From: Alistipes sp.
Lineage (GTDB): Bacteria; Bacteroidota; Bacteroidia; Bacteroidales; Rikenellaceae
Direction of reading: 5' to 3'
Assembly (NCBI GenBank): GCA_017517705.1
Contig: JAFWYM010000024.1
Span: 9,800-73,799 of the forward strand
Length of the DNA stretch: 64,000 bases
The translations under genes and the position numbers were made by a program. Below the pieces are notes generated by a model. It saw only the letters and a program-made list of their open reading frames with translations, was not told where the DNA came from and ran no database searches. Position 1 is the first letter of the stretch, and every line of letters starts with the position of its first letter. This document shows, piece after piece, positions 48,573-58,186 of the stretch.

Positions 48573-50075
48573 TTATCCGCAGTGGAAGAATCTCTCCACC
48601 AATGCCAACATCTGTGCGCGGTCGTTGCCTATATCCTCACGCAGCGTGCGGTCGTCATACGAACGTAACATCTTGAGTATGCCGTCGATCATCGCAGGGC
48701 TGAAGACACCACGCGCCTCGAATATCTCCCTCTGGCGCTCAAGACAGTCTGCCGAGGCAGCACAGCTATCGGGCAACTGAGCCAACACCTTGAGTTTGTC
48801 GGCATTCTCCTTCTTGTGTATGTTTACATTTACGTACGTACGCTCGGCAATCTCTAAGGCATTGTCGAGCTCGAAGCCATAGCGACAAGCCACAACGAGG
48901 CCGGCGATAAGCTCGTATACATCTGCCGAGCCATCGGGTGAGCGCATCTCGACGGTCTGCTTCTGCGATGTGTCGTAGTCGTGGGCCTTCTCCAATGGAT
49001 TGGCTATCTGGCACATATCGCTCTTTGCTGTCCAGCCTAAGGGTACGCGCACCAGCACCGAGCGGTTGCGGTCGCCCCAGCATACGTTTGTGGGCGCCTC
49101 CTGATGTGGCACAAGGCGGAAGTATGACGTGGGAATGGTGTTGCCAAAGGCCGTAATCGATGGCGCGAGCTCCATCATGCCGGCTATGGCGCGACGTGCC
49201 GTCGCGGAGAGTACGCCACCGTCGAGCATCATATTCTTGCCATCCTTGACGATGCGCATGTGTATGTGAAGGCCTGAGCCCGCCTTGCCTACCGTAATCT
49301 TCGGTGCGAAGGTTATGTCGAAGCCGTAGCGGTATGCGAGGTTGCGTATTATCCACTTGGCGATGACGAGCTGGTCGGCAGCATCGGCCGCAGCCACGGG
49401 GAGGAACTCTATCTCGTTCTGCTCGTATACGCGGCCGTCGATGGTGAAGTTACCCACCTCCGAGTGGCCATACTTTATCTGGCCTCCCGCCTGCGCGATA
49501 TATGCCATACACTCCGTGCGGAACTCGTTGAACTTGGCGTAGGGTGCCGACTCATGGTATCCCTTCTGGTCTGTTGCGGGGAATAGCCCCTCGTCGGGCG
49601 CTATGACGTAGTACTCCAACTCGCCCATGGCCTCGAAGTCCATGCCTGTGACCTCGCGGAAGGCGTTGAGCGCCTTGAGGAGTGTGTAGCGCGGTGCCGA
49701 TGCAAGGGGCTCGCCATCCTTGTTGAAGAAGGAGCATAGCATCGTTATTGTTGGTATCTCGGCAAAGGGTTCGTGGAAGGCTGTGCTGAAGCGTGGCACG
49801 ACATAGAGGTCGCTGCTTCCCGCCTCGATAAAGTTGAAGAGGCTTGAGCCGTCGACACGCTCACCACAGGTGAGTATGGTATCTAAGTACTCGGCATTGT
49901 TGATAACGAAGTTGAGGGTCTTGAGGCGACCATCACCTGCGGGGTACATAAAGTTGACCATGCGTATATCGTTCTTGGTGATATACTCTACAATATCGGC
50001 CTTGGTGAACTCCTTTGCGGGCTTGCCCAAGAAGCTAACGAGCTTGTTGGGATTAAGTGCTAACTCTCGATTCAT
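48573..50075 (-). CDS. glnA: Glutamine synthetase, type I-like
   Basis: VDGSS, GELEYY, HSEVG, QNEIEF, GSGLHIH, SYFRLVPHQEAP, NRSVLVRVP, EMRSPD. Confidence 0.85.
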   Translation of the reverse strand: MNRELALNPNKLVSFLGKPAKEFTKADIVEYITKNDIRMVNFMYPAGDGRLKTLNFVINNAEYLDTILTCGERVDGSSLFNFIEAGSSDLYVVPRFSTAFHEPFAEIPTITMLCSFFNKDGEPLASAPRYTLLKALNAFREVTGMDFEAMGELEYYVIAPDEGLFPATDQKGYHESAPYAKFNEFRTECMAYIAQAGGQIKYGHSEVGNFTIDGRVYEQNEIEFLPVAAADAADQLVIAKWIIRNLAYRYGFDITFAPKITVGKAGSGLHIHMRIVKDGKNMMLDGGVLSATARRAIAGMMELAPSITAFGNTIPTSYFRLVPHQEAPTNVCWGDRNRSVLVRVPLGWTAKSDMCQIANPLEKAHDYDTSQKQTVEMRSPDGSADVYELIAGLVVACRYGFELDNALEIAERTYVNVNIHKKENADKLKVLAQLPDSCAASADCLERQREIFEARGVFSPAMIDGILKMLRSYDDRTLREDIGNDRAQMLALVERFFHCG

Positions 50076-50119
50076 AGTCGTAGCGTTTTATATGTAAGAT
50101 TCTAAGCAAAGTTACGAAA

Positions 50120-50476
50120 TTTAGTTGGAACGTGCAAAATATTGATTGAGGTAATAATGGTCTATTGTAGTATATGTGGTATAAGCCTCTTTGCTTTGTG
50201 GCGGAGCGCCTATGTTTTGTAGTATAGCTGCCTTACGCAAATAAATTTGCAAGACAGCTATACTATAAAACACCACCTGCGGTGGAGAACAAAGCAAAGA
50301 GAGCGATGCACTAATCGATTCACTAATAATTAGGGGGTTATATTTACAATCCCCCTAAATCCCCCTTTGATAAGGGGGACTTAGCGCGGCGTATACGCCA
50401 CGCGAGTGCTACCCGCGCCATAGTGCAATTATGGCATGAGCGATACGAACAAGTCGATTTTAGTTGGAACGTGCAA
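50120..50476. mobile_element. Putative non-autonomous palindromic insertion (element copy B) bracketed by an 18-bp direct repeat
   Basis: TTTAGTTGGAACGTGCAA at 50120-50137 and 50459-50476; four-way hairpin 50187-50301; 45-bp block 50338-50382 shared with 7201-7246. Confidence 0.55.
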
Positions 50477-50495
50477 CACCTTACTTTGTAATAAG

Positions 50496-50523
50496 AAGGC
50501 GAGCAAGAGTCTCCTCGCCCGCC
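50496..50523 (-). terminator. Terminator of the lipoprotein gene
   Basis: GGCGAG / CTCGCC stem; the minus strand continues TTCTTATT. Confidence 0.55.
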
Positions 50524-50547
50524 TTTAACATCTCGGTTTAGCTGTTA

Positions 50548-51618
50548 CTACCAATTATAGTCATCCTGCTCGCTACCATAAGAATAATTTCGGTACCCCT
50601 CTTCTATGGGAGTATCCTCGTAGTGAATTTCGAACATATTAGTGCCTAATACTTCGTCTTCTCCATAATAATCCAATGTAAACACAGTCTGTTTCAATCT
50701 ATATAAATATGCTTTAAATGATTTCCAATCTACCACTGTTTTATCTGCCTTTGTCCACTTGAAGTCAAGCGAGAATTCTTTATATGTTTGTGACAAATCA
50801 TCTTTGCTATACCAATTATCGTTACCTAGTCCATTCATATTTGAATACGTCTTTTCCAAAACTTTATTTTCAGGAGTAAATGTATAGGTGTGACCTAATG
50901 TAGAGAGTGTTATCTCTCCATTGTCAAGATAATCACCAACAATAACCTTTAGACCAAATGCCATACGCTTTACATATATAGATAGTGTTGCATTATCCTC
51001 AGTAGGAATATAATTAGTTACATAACCATAGTATATATCAACATCCTCTGGATAAGTATATGTTTTGCCATCTTTTGCCTTAAATGATTGGCTTAAACCA
51101 TTAATATAACCTGTAGCTGAGTTAAAATATCTATCAGAGTCATAAGTAAACTCATTCGTTAGCTTGGTGATAGAATTAGAAGACGAACCATTATATTTAT
51201 TGCGACCTCTGAATGGCTCGTCATAACCCAAATAGTAATTTTGGTCAACGAGAATAGAGTCGCAATAAACCTTATCTTTACCATCATCAACCAATAATAC
51301 AGTTATTGAATAACTATAATTCTCAACAACTTCCAATTCTACATCATCAAGGCTGTCAAAAAGACCATAAGCATAACACTCATAACTTCCTGTTGTGGCT
51401 GGCTTGTGATATACAGAAATTCCATACAGGTCGCGGTCGTCGGGGGTGAAGCGCGTGAGTGGATTGTGGGTTATATCGACATCGCCGTTTGTGCGGAGTC
51501 TAATGGTGTAGGTCTTGGCCTCCTCGTTGGGCGTCGCGGGAGTCTCGACATTATTCTCGCAGGCAACAGCGCCTAAAGCGAGAGTAAATGCAGCTAAGAG
51601 TAGATGTTTTGCTCTCAT
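50548..51618 (-). CDS. Hypothetical surface lipoprotein (possibly fimbrillin-like) with an AT-rich core
   Basis: Lipobox AVAC followed by acidic ENNVE; TR...DLYGISVY motif; Tyr/Asn/Thr-rich beta-type sequence. Confidence 0.75.
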   Translation of the reverse strand: MRAKHLLLAAFTLALGAVACENNVETPATPNEEAKTYTIRLRTNGDVDITHNPLTRFTPDDRDLYGISVYHKPATTGSYECYAYGLFDSLDDVELEVVENYSYSITVLLVDDGKDKVYCDSILVDQNYYLGYDEPFRGRNKYNGSSSNSITKLTNEFTYDSDRYFNSATGYINGLSQSFKAKDGKTYTYPEDVDIYYGYVTNYIPTEDNATLSIYVKRMAFGLKVIVGDYLDNGEITLSTLGHTYTFTPENKVLEKTYSNMNGLGNDNWYSKDDLSQTYKEFSLDFKWTKADKTVVDWKSFKAYLYRLKQTVFTLDYYGEDEVLGTNMFEIHYEDTPIEEGYRNYSYGSEQDDYNW

Positions 51619-51619
51619 A

Positions 51620-51925
51620 ATAATAGTTTATTTGTGCCCACCGCACCTCCAACGACGGATTAGTATAAAAAGAAAGTGTGGAGATGTTCGTTTATCAGGA
51701 AATAGGCATTTGGCGTGGCCCGTACAACAATAAACTATACTCCACACCTGTACAGTATGGAGTAGGCACAGAACGTGCCGACAAAGCATACCAATACAAG
51801 TGATGTAAGCATCCGTTATCCCGTTGTACTAAAATCGCCAAATTTTATTTCCGAGGATTAGCGAAACACTTTCACTAAAAATAATATGTCTGCCGAGGGA
51901 ATACACCCACGGTATCACAAAGGTA
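51620..51925 (-). promoter_or_regulatory. Promoter (TACCTTTG at 51918-51925) and an approximately 290-nt structured leader
   Basis: Stems 51835-41/51858-64, 51708-15/51836-43, 51722-28/51823-29, 51738-44/51758-64 and 51765-69/51775-79. Confidence 0.6.
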
Positions 51926-52078
51926 GGAATTTATTTATTAACCGCCAAGCGTTTGAAAAAGAATAACTGAAAAAAGAGAGTGCTGCCTTTGGTTTGACCC
52001 CACAATGCGATACTCCCCCCGCCCCAAGCACATGAGTCCCACTCTTGCGGATGACTAAAAAGTAAATTTGTCATCCCC

Positions 52079-52360
52079 AAAAATGCCACCGATGGGTCAC
52101 AACAGTTTCTTGTCAGAAGGGCGCCGAGTGCTACACTCGGCAAAAATGCCACCGATGGGTTGCGCGAGTTTCTTGTCAGAAGGGGTTAGCTGTGGCCTCG
52201 ATAAAGAGAAAGCCCGGATGGAACGCACGAGAGTTTCTTGTCAGAAGGGCGCCGAGTGCTACACTCGGCAAAAATGCCACCGATGGGTAGTACTTGAGGT
52301 ACGTCCCATTGGTGGCATTTTTTGTTAGGGGCCGCAATCGACCCCTTATCACAAGAAACT
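52079..52360. repeat. Tandem and inverted repeat array of about 64 bp downstream of fusA2
   Basis: Identical 57-bp copies at 52104-52160 and 52232-52288, partial copies at 52079 and 52167, and an inverted copy at 52305-52360. Confidence 0.85.
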
Positions 52361-54512
52361 ACTCTTCGTCGGTGTCGGTGTACTCCTTCAGAAGCTTCTC
52401 CTGAACATCGGCGGGCACCTGCTCGTATGATGCAAACTGCATGGTGTAGGTCGCAGCTCCCGATGTCAACGATGACAACGATGTAGAGTAGCGGTACAAC
52501 TCTGCAAGAGGCACACGTGCGTTGAGACGGTCGAAGCCCTTGTCCGACTCCATACCCATGATCATTGCACGGCGGTTCTGAAGGTCGCTCATCACGGCAC
52601 CCATATACTCGCTCGGCGTGAGAACCTCGACGTTGTAGATAGGCTCCATAATCTTAGGTCCTGCATTGCGGAAGGCCTCCTTGAAGGCATTACGGCCGGC
52701 AAGCTTAAACGAAAGCTCGTTTGAATCTACCGGGTGCATCTTACCGTAGTAGATGGTAACGCGGATGTCGCGGGCGTAAGAGCCTGTCAACGGACCCTCG
52801 TCCATCTTCTCCATGATACCCTTCAAGATTGCGGGCATGAAGCGGGCATCGATAGCACCACCAACGATAGAGTTGTAGTACTGAAGCTTACCACCCCATG
52901 GGAGGTCGTACTCCTCCTTGCCCTTAACGCTCACGGCAATCTCCTGGCCGTTAACCTTATACTTCGTAGGCTCGGGCATGCCGTCGTAGTAGGGCTCGAT
53001 GACCATGTGAACCTCACCAAACTGGCCTGAACCACCCGACTGCTTCTTGTGGCGGTAGTCGGCCTGAGCAACCTTGGTGATAGTCTCGCGATACGGAATC
53101 TTAGGAGCGAAGTACTCAATCTCCATCTTATTCTCTGCCGAGAGGCGCTGCTTGAGGATGTTGAGGTGGTGCTCACCCTGACCCTGTATGATTGTCTGCT
53201 TAAGCTCCTTAGAGTACTCAACGAGGATTGTGGGATCCTCATACTTGGCGTCGTTGAGGAGCTTGCCGAGCTTCTCCTCGTCGCCCTGCTCCTTAGCCTT
53301 CACGGCAGCACGGTAGCGAGGCTCGGGGAAGACGATAGGCTCAACAGTCACGGGCGCTGCGGGCGCTGCGAGGGTGTCGTTAGTACGTGTGCCCTTGAGC
53401 TTCACGGTGCAGCCGATGTCGCCGGCCGAGAGCTCCGTAACCTTCACGCGGTTCTTGCCTGCTACGGCGAAGAGCTGCGAGAGCTTCTCCTTATTGCCTG
53501 TGCGTGAGTTCACGAGCTCCATACCCTCGGTAATCTTACCGCGCACCACGCGGAAGTAGGTGATCTCACCGATATGCTGCTCGATCTGGCTCTTGAATAC
53601 GAATGCTACAGCGGGCTCCTCGGCATTTGCCATGAGCTCCTCGCCCTCGGTTGAGAGGAATGCGGGAGCCTTCAACGGACCCGGTGCTACGTTGATGATG
53701 AACTCCATGATACGCTTTGTGCCGATGTCGCGCTTACCCGAAGCACAGAAGATGGGCATAATATCGCGCTTAGACACGCCGAGCTTCAAGCCCGAGCGGA
53801 TGTCGTCCTGCGTGAGCGAGCCCTTCTCGAAGTAGAGTTCCATGAGGGCATCGTCGTATACGGCAGCAGCCTCGGCAAGCTCCTGATTGAGTGCGTTGGC
53901 GCGATCCATCTCGCTCTCGGGAATGGGGTGCTCCTCGCGCTTGCCATTCTCGTCGACAAACTTATACATCTTCATCATCAACACGTCGATGAACGAGTCG
54001 AAGCCTGCACCCTGATTTACGGGGTACTGAACGATGACGGGCTTAACTGAAGAGTTGGCGCGAATACCCTCGACCGTAGCCTCGAAGTTGGCCTTGTCGC
54101 CATCGAGCTGGTTTACAACACCGATGAGGGGCTTGTTGAGGATGCGTGCGTAGCGCGACTGAAGCTCCGAGCCTACCTCCCAGCCGTTCTGTGCGTTGAG
54201 AACCATGACACCCACGTCACCCACCTTGAAGGCAGAGAACAACGAGCCACAGAAGTCGTCCGAACCGGGGCAGTCGATGATGTTGAGCTTACGATCCATG
54301 AACTCTGTGAAGAGGGTTGTAGAGTATATCGAGCGTTTGTATTCGTGCTCGATATCCGTGTTGTCCGAGATTGTATTGTTATTCTCGATACTACCCCTGC
54401 GATCAATAACCTTACCCTCGAAAGCCATTGCCTCTGCAAGGGTAGTTTTTCCGGCGCCGGGCGCACCAATAAGAACGATGTTCTTAATCTCTTTTGCTGA
54501 ATAGTTTTTCAT
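52359..54512 (-). CDS. fusA2: Elongation factor G paralog EF-G2
   Basis: GAPGAGKT; non-canonical DCPGSDDF and NQLD; YRETI, KKQSGGSGQFG, domain IV insertion, MEPIYNVEV. Start taken as ATG 54512. Confidence 0.92.
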   Translation of the reverse strand: MKNYSAKEIKNIVLIGAPGAGKTTLAEAMAFEGKVIDRRGSIENNNTISDNTDIEHEYKRSIYSTTLFTEFMDRKLNIIDCPGSDDFCGSLFSAFKVGDVGVMVLNAQNGWEVGSELQSRYARILNKPLIGVVNQLDGDKANFEATVEGIRANSSVKPVIVQYPVNQGAGFDSFIDVLMMKMYKFVDENGKREEHPIPESEMDRANALNQELAEAAAVYDDALMELYFEKGSLTQDDIRSGLKLGVSKRDIMPIFCASGKRDIGTKRIMEFIINVAPGPLKAPAFLSTEGEELMANAEEPAVAFVFKSQIEQHIGEITYFRVVRGKITEGMELVNSRTGNKEKLSQLFAVAGKNRVKVTELSAGDIGCTVKLKGTRTNDTLAAPAAPVTVEPIVFPEPRYRAAVKAKEQGDEEKLGKLLNDAKYEDPTILVEYSKELKQTIIQGQGEHHLNILKQRLSAENKMEIEYFAPKIPYRETITKVAQADYRHKKQSGGSGQFGEVHMVIEPYYDGMPEPTKYKVNGQEIAVSVKGKEEYDLPWGGKLQYYNSIVGGAIDARFMPAILKGIMEKMDEGPLTGSYARDIRVTIYYGKMHPVDSNELSFKLAGRNAFKEAFRNAGPKIMEPIYNVEVLTPSEYMGAVMSDLQNRRAMIMGMESDKGFDRLNARVPLAELYRYSTSLSSLTSGAATYTMQFASYEQVPADVQEKLLKEYTDTDEE

Positions 54513-54747
54513 AGTATAATAGTTTTTTAGGTTTTTTTCCTCTCTCCAAAAAGCCCTGTGGCTCAACCGCGAAGTCGCCCCACAACTGCTTAATGAGCTT
54601 TGCGGATTATAAAGTTAAAGACTTTTTTTTAAACTACAAAATATTAAATCAAGAATCTGCATAATTCAACTATTTTTTGGCTTTTTATGCCGTCGCCATG
54701 GCATAACAATGCGTCATTTTGCAGTCGACAAGAATAGCCACCGATAA

Positions 54748-54774
54748 CAAAAAAGCCCTCCGTGAGGAGAGCTT
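54748..54774 (-). terminator. Terminator after the MATE gene
   Basis: Minus strand AAGCTCTCC-TCAC-GGAGGGCTT followed by TTTTT. Confidence 0.7.
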
Positions 54775-54836
54775 ATATAGCATGCAAATATATTCTTTTG
54801 CGAAAAGCAATATTGTCTATACCTATATTATATATA

Positions 54837-56294
54837 TCAGTTTGGGTGGTTGAAGCGCAGATTACGCTCCATACGTCGCAGCTTGCGTATCTGGAAGTAG
54901 AGGAGCGTGCCGGCAACCAGCACCGACAGTAGGTCGGCTATAGGCATAGATATCCATGCACCCACGGCACCATACTTGGGCGTGAGCGTGAGCAGTAGCG
55001 GCAGGAGGAAGAGCATCTGGCGTGTCGTCGAGAGGAACATAGCCAGCGGCGCACGGCCGATATACTGGAAGAAGCTACCCGCAACAATCTGGAAGCCCAC
55101 GAGCGGGAATACCATCATCGCGATGCCGAGGCCTTGGGCCACAACCTCGACCATAGCCTGATCGGAGGCACCATTACTCGTATCGACAAAGGCGGCAGCG
55201 ACCTGCGTGGGGAAGAGCATGCCGATAATAAAGGCGATGGTCGTGACACACGAGGCAGCGATGATTGTATATTTGAGCACCTTGATAACGCGCCCATATT
55301 GTTTCGCACCGTAGTTATACCCCACAATGGGCTGCATGCCCTGATTGAAACCCTGACCCACCATGATGAAGAGGAGTATCACGCGGTTCATGATGCCGTA
55401 GGCACCAACATATACATCGCCCACATTGCCGTCGAATGTCGCTGCCGAGACCACATCGAACTCACCCGTGCCACCATAGCGCAGAAGCGCGGTGTTCATA
55501 AAGCGTGTTACGAGCGAGGCACAGACGTTCAAAAGGAATGGCGCCATGCCGATAGATATGATGGCCTTGACGATGGGCATCTTAAAGCGTAGGCTGCGCC
55601 CCCTAAAGCGCAGGAAGCTGCGCTTCGACGTGTAGTGATGTATCTGCACGCTGAGGGCTACTGTCTGGGCTATGACAGTTGCTAACGCCGAGCCCTCGAT
55701 ACCCCAGCCGAAGCCGAAGATAAAGAGGGGATTGAGCACGGTACATAGGGCCATCGACAGGAGCATGATATACATCGCCTTGCGCGGGTAGCCCGAGGCG
55801 CGTAGCTGCTCGTTGAGGCCGAGGTATAGGTGCGTGATGATGTTACCGAACATTATGATGCGCATAAACCTGCGCGCATAGTCAAGAGTCTCAGCACTCG
55901 CCTCGCCACCCGAGAAGAAGAGGAGTATCGGGTCGAGGAAGAAGAGGAAGACGAGCATGATGCTCACGCCGAGCGTGAGGTTGAGCAATACGGCATTACC
56001 CAGAATATCCTCTGCGGCACGCTTGTTACCCTCACCAAGACGTATGGATATGCGTGCTGCAGCACCCACACCCACCATGGCACCAAAGGCCGAGGCTATG
56101 TTCATTATGGGTAGTGTGACGGCCATACCCGAGATGGCAGCGCCACCAACGCCGTGGCCGATGAATATGCTATCGATGATATGGTATAGCGACGATGAGG
56201 CCATAGCTATGATGGCCGGTATGGCATACCGCGCCAGAAGCTTGCCTATAGAGTCGGTACCAAGCGATATCGTATTGTTTTGTACTACTGACAT
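54837..56294 (-). CDS. MATE family efflux transporter
   Basis: RYAIPAIIAM, DSIFIGHGVG, LNPLFIFGFGWGIEGSALAT, GMQPIVGYNYGAK; 12 transmembrane segments. Confidence 0.95.
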   Translation of the reverse strand: MSVVQNNTISLGTDSIGKLLARYAIPAIIAMASSSLYHIIDSIFIGHGVGGAAISGMAVTLPIMNIASAFGAMVGVGAAARISIRLGEGNKRAAEDILGNAVLLNLTLGVSIMLVFLFFLDPILLFFSGGEASAETLDYARRFMRIIMFGNIITHLYLGLNEQLRASGYPRKAMYIMLLSMALCTVLNPLFIFGFGWGIEGSALATVIAQTVALSVQIHHYTSKRSFLRFRGRSLRFKMPIVKAIISIGMAPFLLNVCASLVTRFMNTALLRYGGTGEFDVVSAATFDGNVGDVYVGAYGIMNRVILLFIMVGQGFNQGMQPIVGYNYGAKQYGRVIKVLKYTIIAASCVTTIAFIIGMLFPTQVAAAFVDTSNGASDQAMVEVVAQGLGIAMMVFPLVGFQIVAGSFFQYIGRAPLAMFLSTTRQMLFLLPLLLTLTPKYGAVGAWISMPIADLLSVLVAGTLLYFQIRKLRRMERNLRFNHPN

Positions 56295-56315
56295 CCTTCG
56301 TTTAATGGTGCAAAA

Positions 56316-56900
56316 TTACGTATTGTCTGCAAAACGAGCAAGTGCCACAACCATATTATCCTCCGTAGTCGATATATCGATTAGACAATCGCCACAATCG
56401 ACAAGACGCCCCCTTAGCAGGCTCCCCGCTGCCTCCATAGCGTATATCTGCAGGTCGTCGCGCAGGTCCACACCACGATGCCCGTAGAGCTTATACATCG
56501 CCTCCTTCGCCGTCCACACCTTTGCAGGCCAGAGCGCATCGGAACATAGCTGTTGCTCCATGAGGCTCATATATCGCTCTTTGGCACGCTCGAAGTCGCG
56601 CTCAGCCGACTCAATATCTACGCCCACAGCACACTCCCCGATGGCTACAGCTACACTCCCGCCACCGTGCGCCACGCTTATATACGTATTGGGGATGTCA
56701 ACCACAGGTGCTCCCACCTCGTTGTAGTCGATGACAACGCTCCGCCCCAGCTCGCGACGTACTATGCGTCGCCATGCCAGATGCTCGCCACGGCGGCGCT
56801 CATTCTGAAAGCGCGAGGCCGAGGCTATGTCGGCTGCCGTGAGGAGAGTATCGCAGCAGGCATAGACCGGAGGGATAGGCTCGATGAAGAGTTTAACCAT
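56316..56900 (-). CDS. 4'-phosphopantetheinyl transferase superfamily protein
   Basis: ISVAHG, VGVDIE, WTAKEAMYK; 8-nt overlap with the gldE stop codon. Confidence 0.85.
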   Translation of the reverse strand: MVKLFIEPIPPVYACCDTLLTAADIASASRFQNERRRGEHLAWRRIVRRELGRSVVIDYNEVGAPVVDIPNTYISVAHGGGSVAVAIGECAVGVDIESAERDFERAKERYMSLMEQQLCSDALWPAKVWTAKEAMYKLYGHRGVDLRDDLQIYAMEAAGSLLRGRLVDCGDCLIDISTTEDNMVVALARFADNT

Positions 56901-58179
56901 CGACCTCAACCTTTATCTTATCCACCCTACGGCCATCCATCGTGGCGATGAAGAACTTAACGCCGTGCGACGACATCTCGTCGCCACGACGCGGCAGGTC
57001 GCGCTTAAGCTCCATCATCAACCCTGCCAATGTCTCGGCATGACCCTCGACATCGCTGAAGGCATCATCCTCGTAGCCTATGGCACGCACAAACTCGCCG
57101 ATATGAATCTTGGCATCGAAGATATATGTTCGCTCGCCAATCTTCTCGTATAGCTTATCCTCGTCATCATCGCTCTCGTCGGTAATCTCGCCCACAACCT
57201 CCTCGAGGATATCCTCCAGCGACACGAGACCCTGCGTTGCACCATACTCGTCGACAACGATGGCTATGTGTGTCTTCTTCTTTTGAAACTCCTTAAGCAG
57301 ATCGTCAATCATCATGTGCTCGGGGACAAAGTAGGGCTTACGTAAGAGCTGTTGCCACTCGAAGTCATCCTCCTTAGCGATGTACGGAAGGAGATCCTTG
57401 ACGTACAATACGCCACGCACATCGTCGAGGTCGTCACCATAGACGGGTATGCGCGAGTAGCCCGTAGTGACGATGGTGTTACGCACCTCGTCGTAGCCCT
57501 GAGAGTACTCCAAGCCCGTGATGTCGACCCTCGAATGCATAATCTCGACAACCTCCGTCTGTCCGAACGACACAATGCCCGAGAGCATCTTCTGCTCCTC
57601 CTCCGAGCCTGTCTCGGTGAGATCCACGGCATCGGCAAGCTCCTCGATGGAGATCTCGGCATTCTTTGTCGCAAGGCGGCTCACACGGCTCGACGTACGT
57701 ATGAGGATAAAGGCCAACGGGTATACCAGCCAACGTAAGAACTTCAACGGCGCCGAGAAGAAGGCTGCCATCCTCGCGGGATTCGCCTGTGTAAACACCT
57801 TGGGCATAATCTCGCCAAAGAGCAACAGCAGGAAGGTGATGACGATGGTGTTAAATATAAACTCCCACACGCCCGTGAAGATGAATATCTCATCGACAAG
57901 CTGCGTAGCGATGATTACGAGGCAGATGTTTACCATGTTGTTCACTACGAGTATCGTCGCGAGCAACCTATCGGGGTTTGCCAACAGGTCGAGCACACGG
58001 TGTGCAGTGTTGTCGTTGCGCGTCTGGAAGCCCTCGATGTCGCTGCGCGTGAGCGAGAAGAATGCCACCTCCGAGCCCGAGGCCATACCCGAGAACAGAA
58101 GCAGCACGACGGTAAGAGCACCAAGGCCTACAACAGCCCAGATGTCAATGCTCTCCTTAATCACTATTGCATCCATCAT
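56893..58179 (-). CDS. gldE: GldE / HlyC-CorC family CNNM-CBS transporter
   Basis: SGSEVAFFSL, LLATILVVNNMVN, LFGEIMPK, GYSRIPVY, IVVDEYG, LEDILEEVVGEITDE. Confidence 0.88.
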   Translation of the reverse strand: MMDAIVIKESIDIWAVVGLGALTVVLLLFSGMASGSEVAFFSLTRSDIEGFQTRNDNTAHRVLDLLANPDRLLATILVVNNMVNICLVIIATQLVDEIFIFTGVWEFIFNTIVITFLLLLFGEIMPKVFTQANPARMAAFFSAPLKFLRWLVYPLAFILIRTSSRVSRLATKNAEISIEELADAVDLTETGSEEEQKMLSGIVSFGQTEVVEIMHSRVDITGLEYSQGYDEVRNTIVTTGYSRIPVYGDDLDDVRGVLYVKDLLPYIAKEDDFEWQQLLRKPYFVPEHMMIDDLLKEFQKKKTHIAIVVDEYGATQGLVSLEDILEEVVGEITDESDDDEDKLYEKIGERTYIFDAKIHIGEFVRAIGYEDDAFSDVEGHAETLAGLMMELKRDLPRRGDEMSSHGVKFFIATMDGRRVDKIKVEVDG

Positions 58180-58186
58180 CCTATGT

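Noticed and set aside
52079-52360. Possible CRISPR array (period about 64 bp)
   Set aside because: Two of the would-be spacers are identical hairpins, the last unit is inverted, there are only about four units, and no cas gene is in the window.
54685-54706. TTATGCC-N8-GGCATAA palindrome upstream of fusA2 as a Cur (BT4338) site
   Set aside because: TATG and CATA are 12 nt apart, whereas the motif as I recall it has 8 nt between them; the regulator cannot be assigned.
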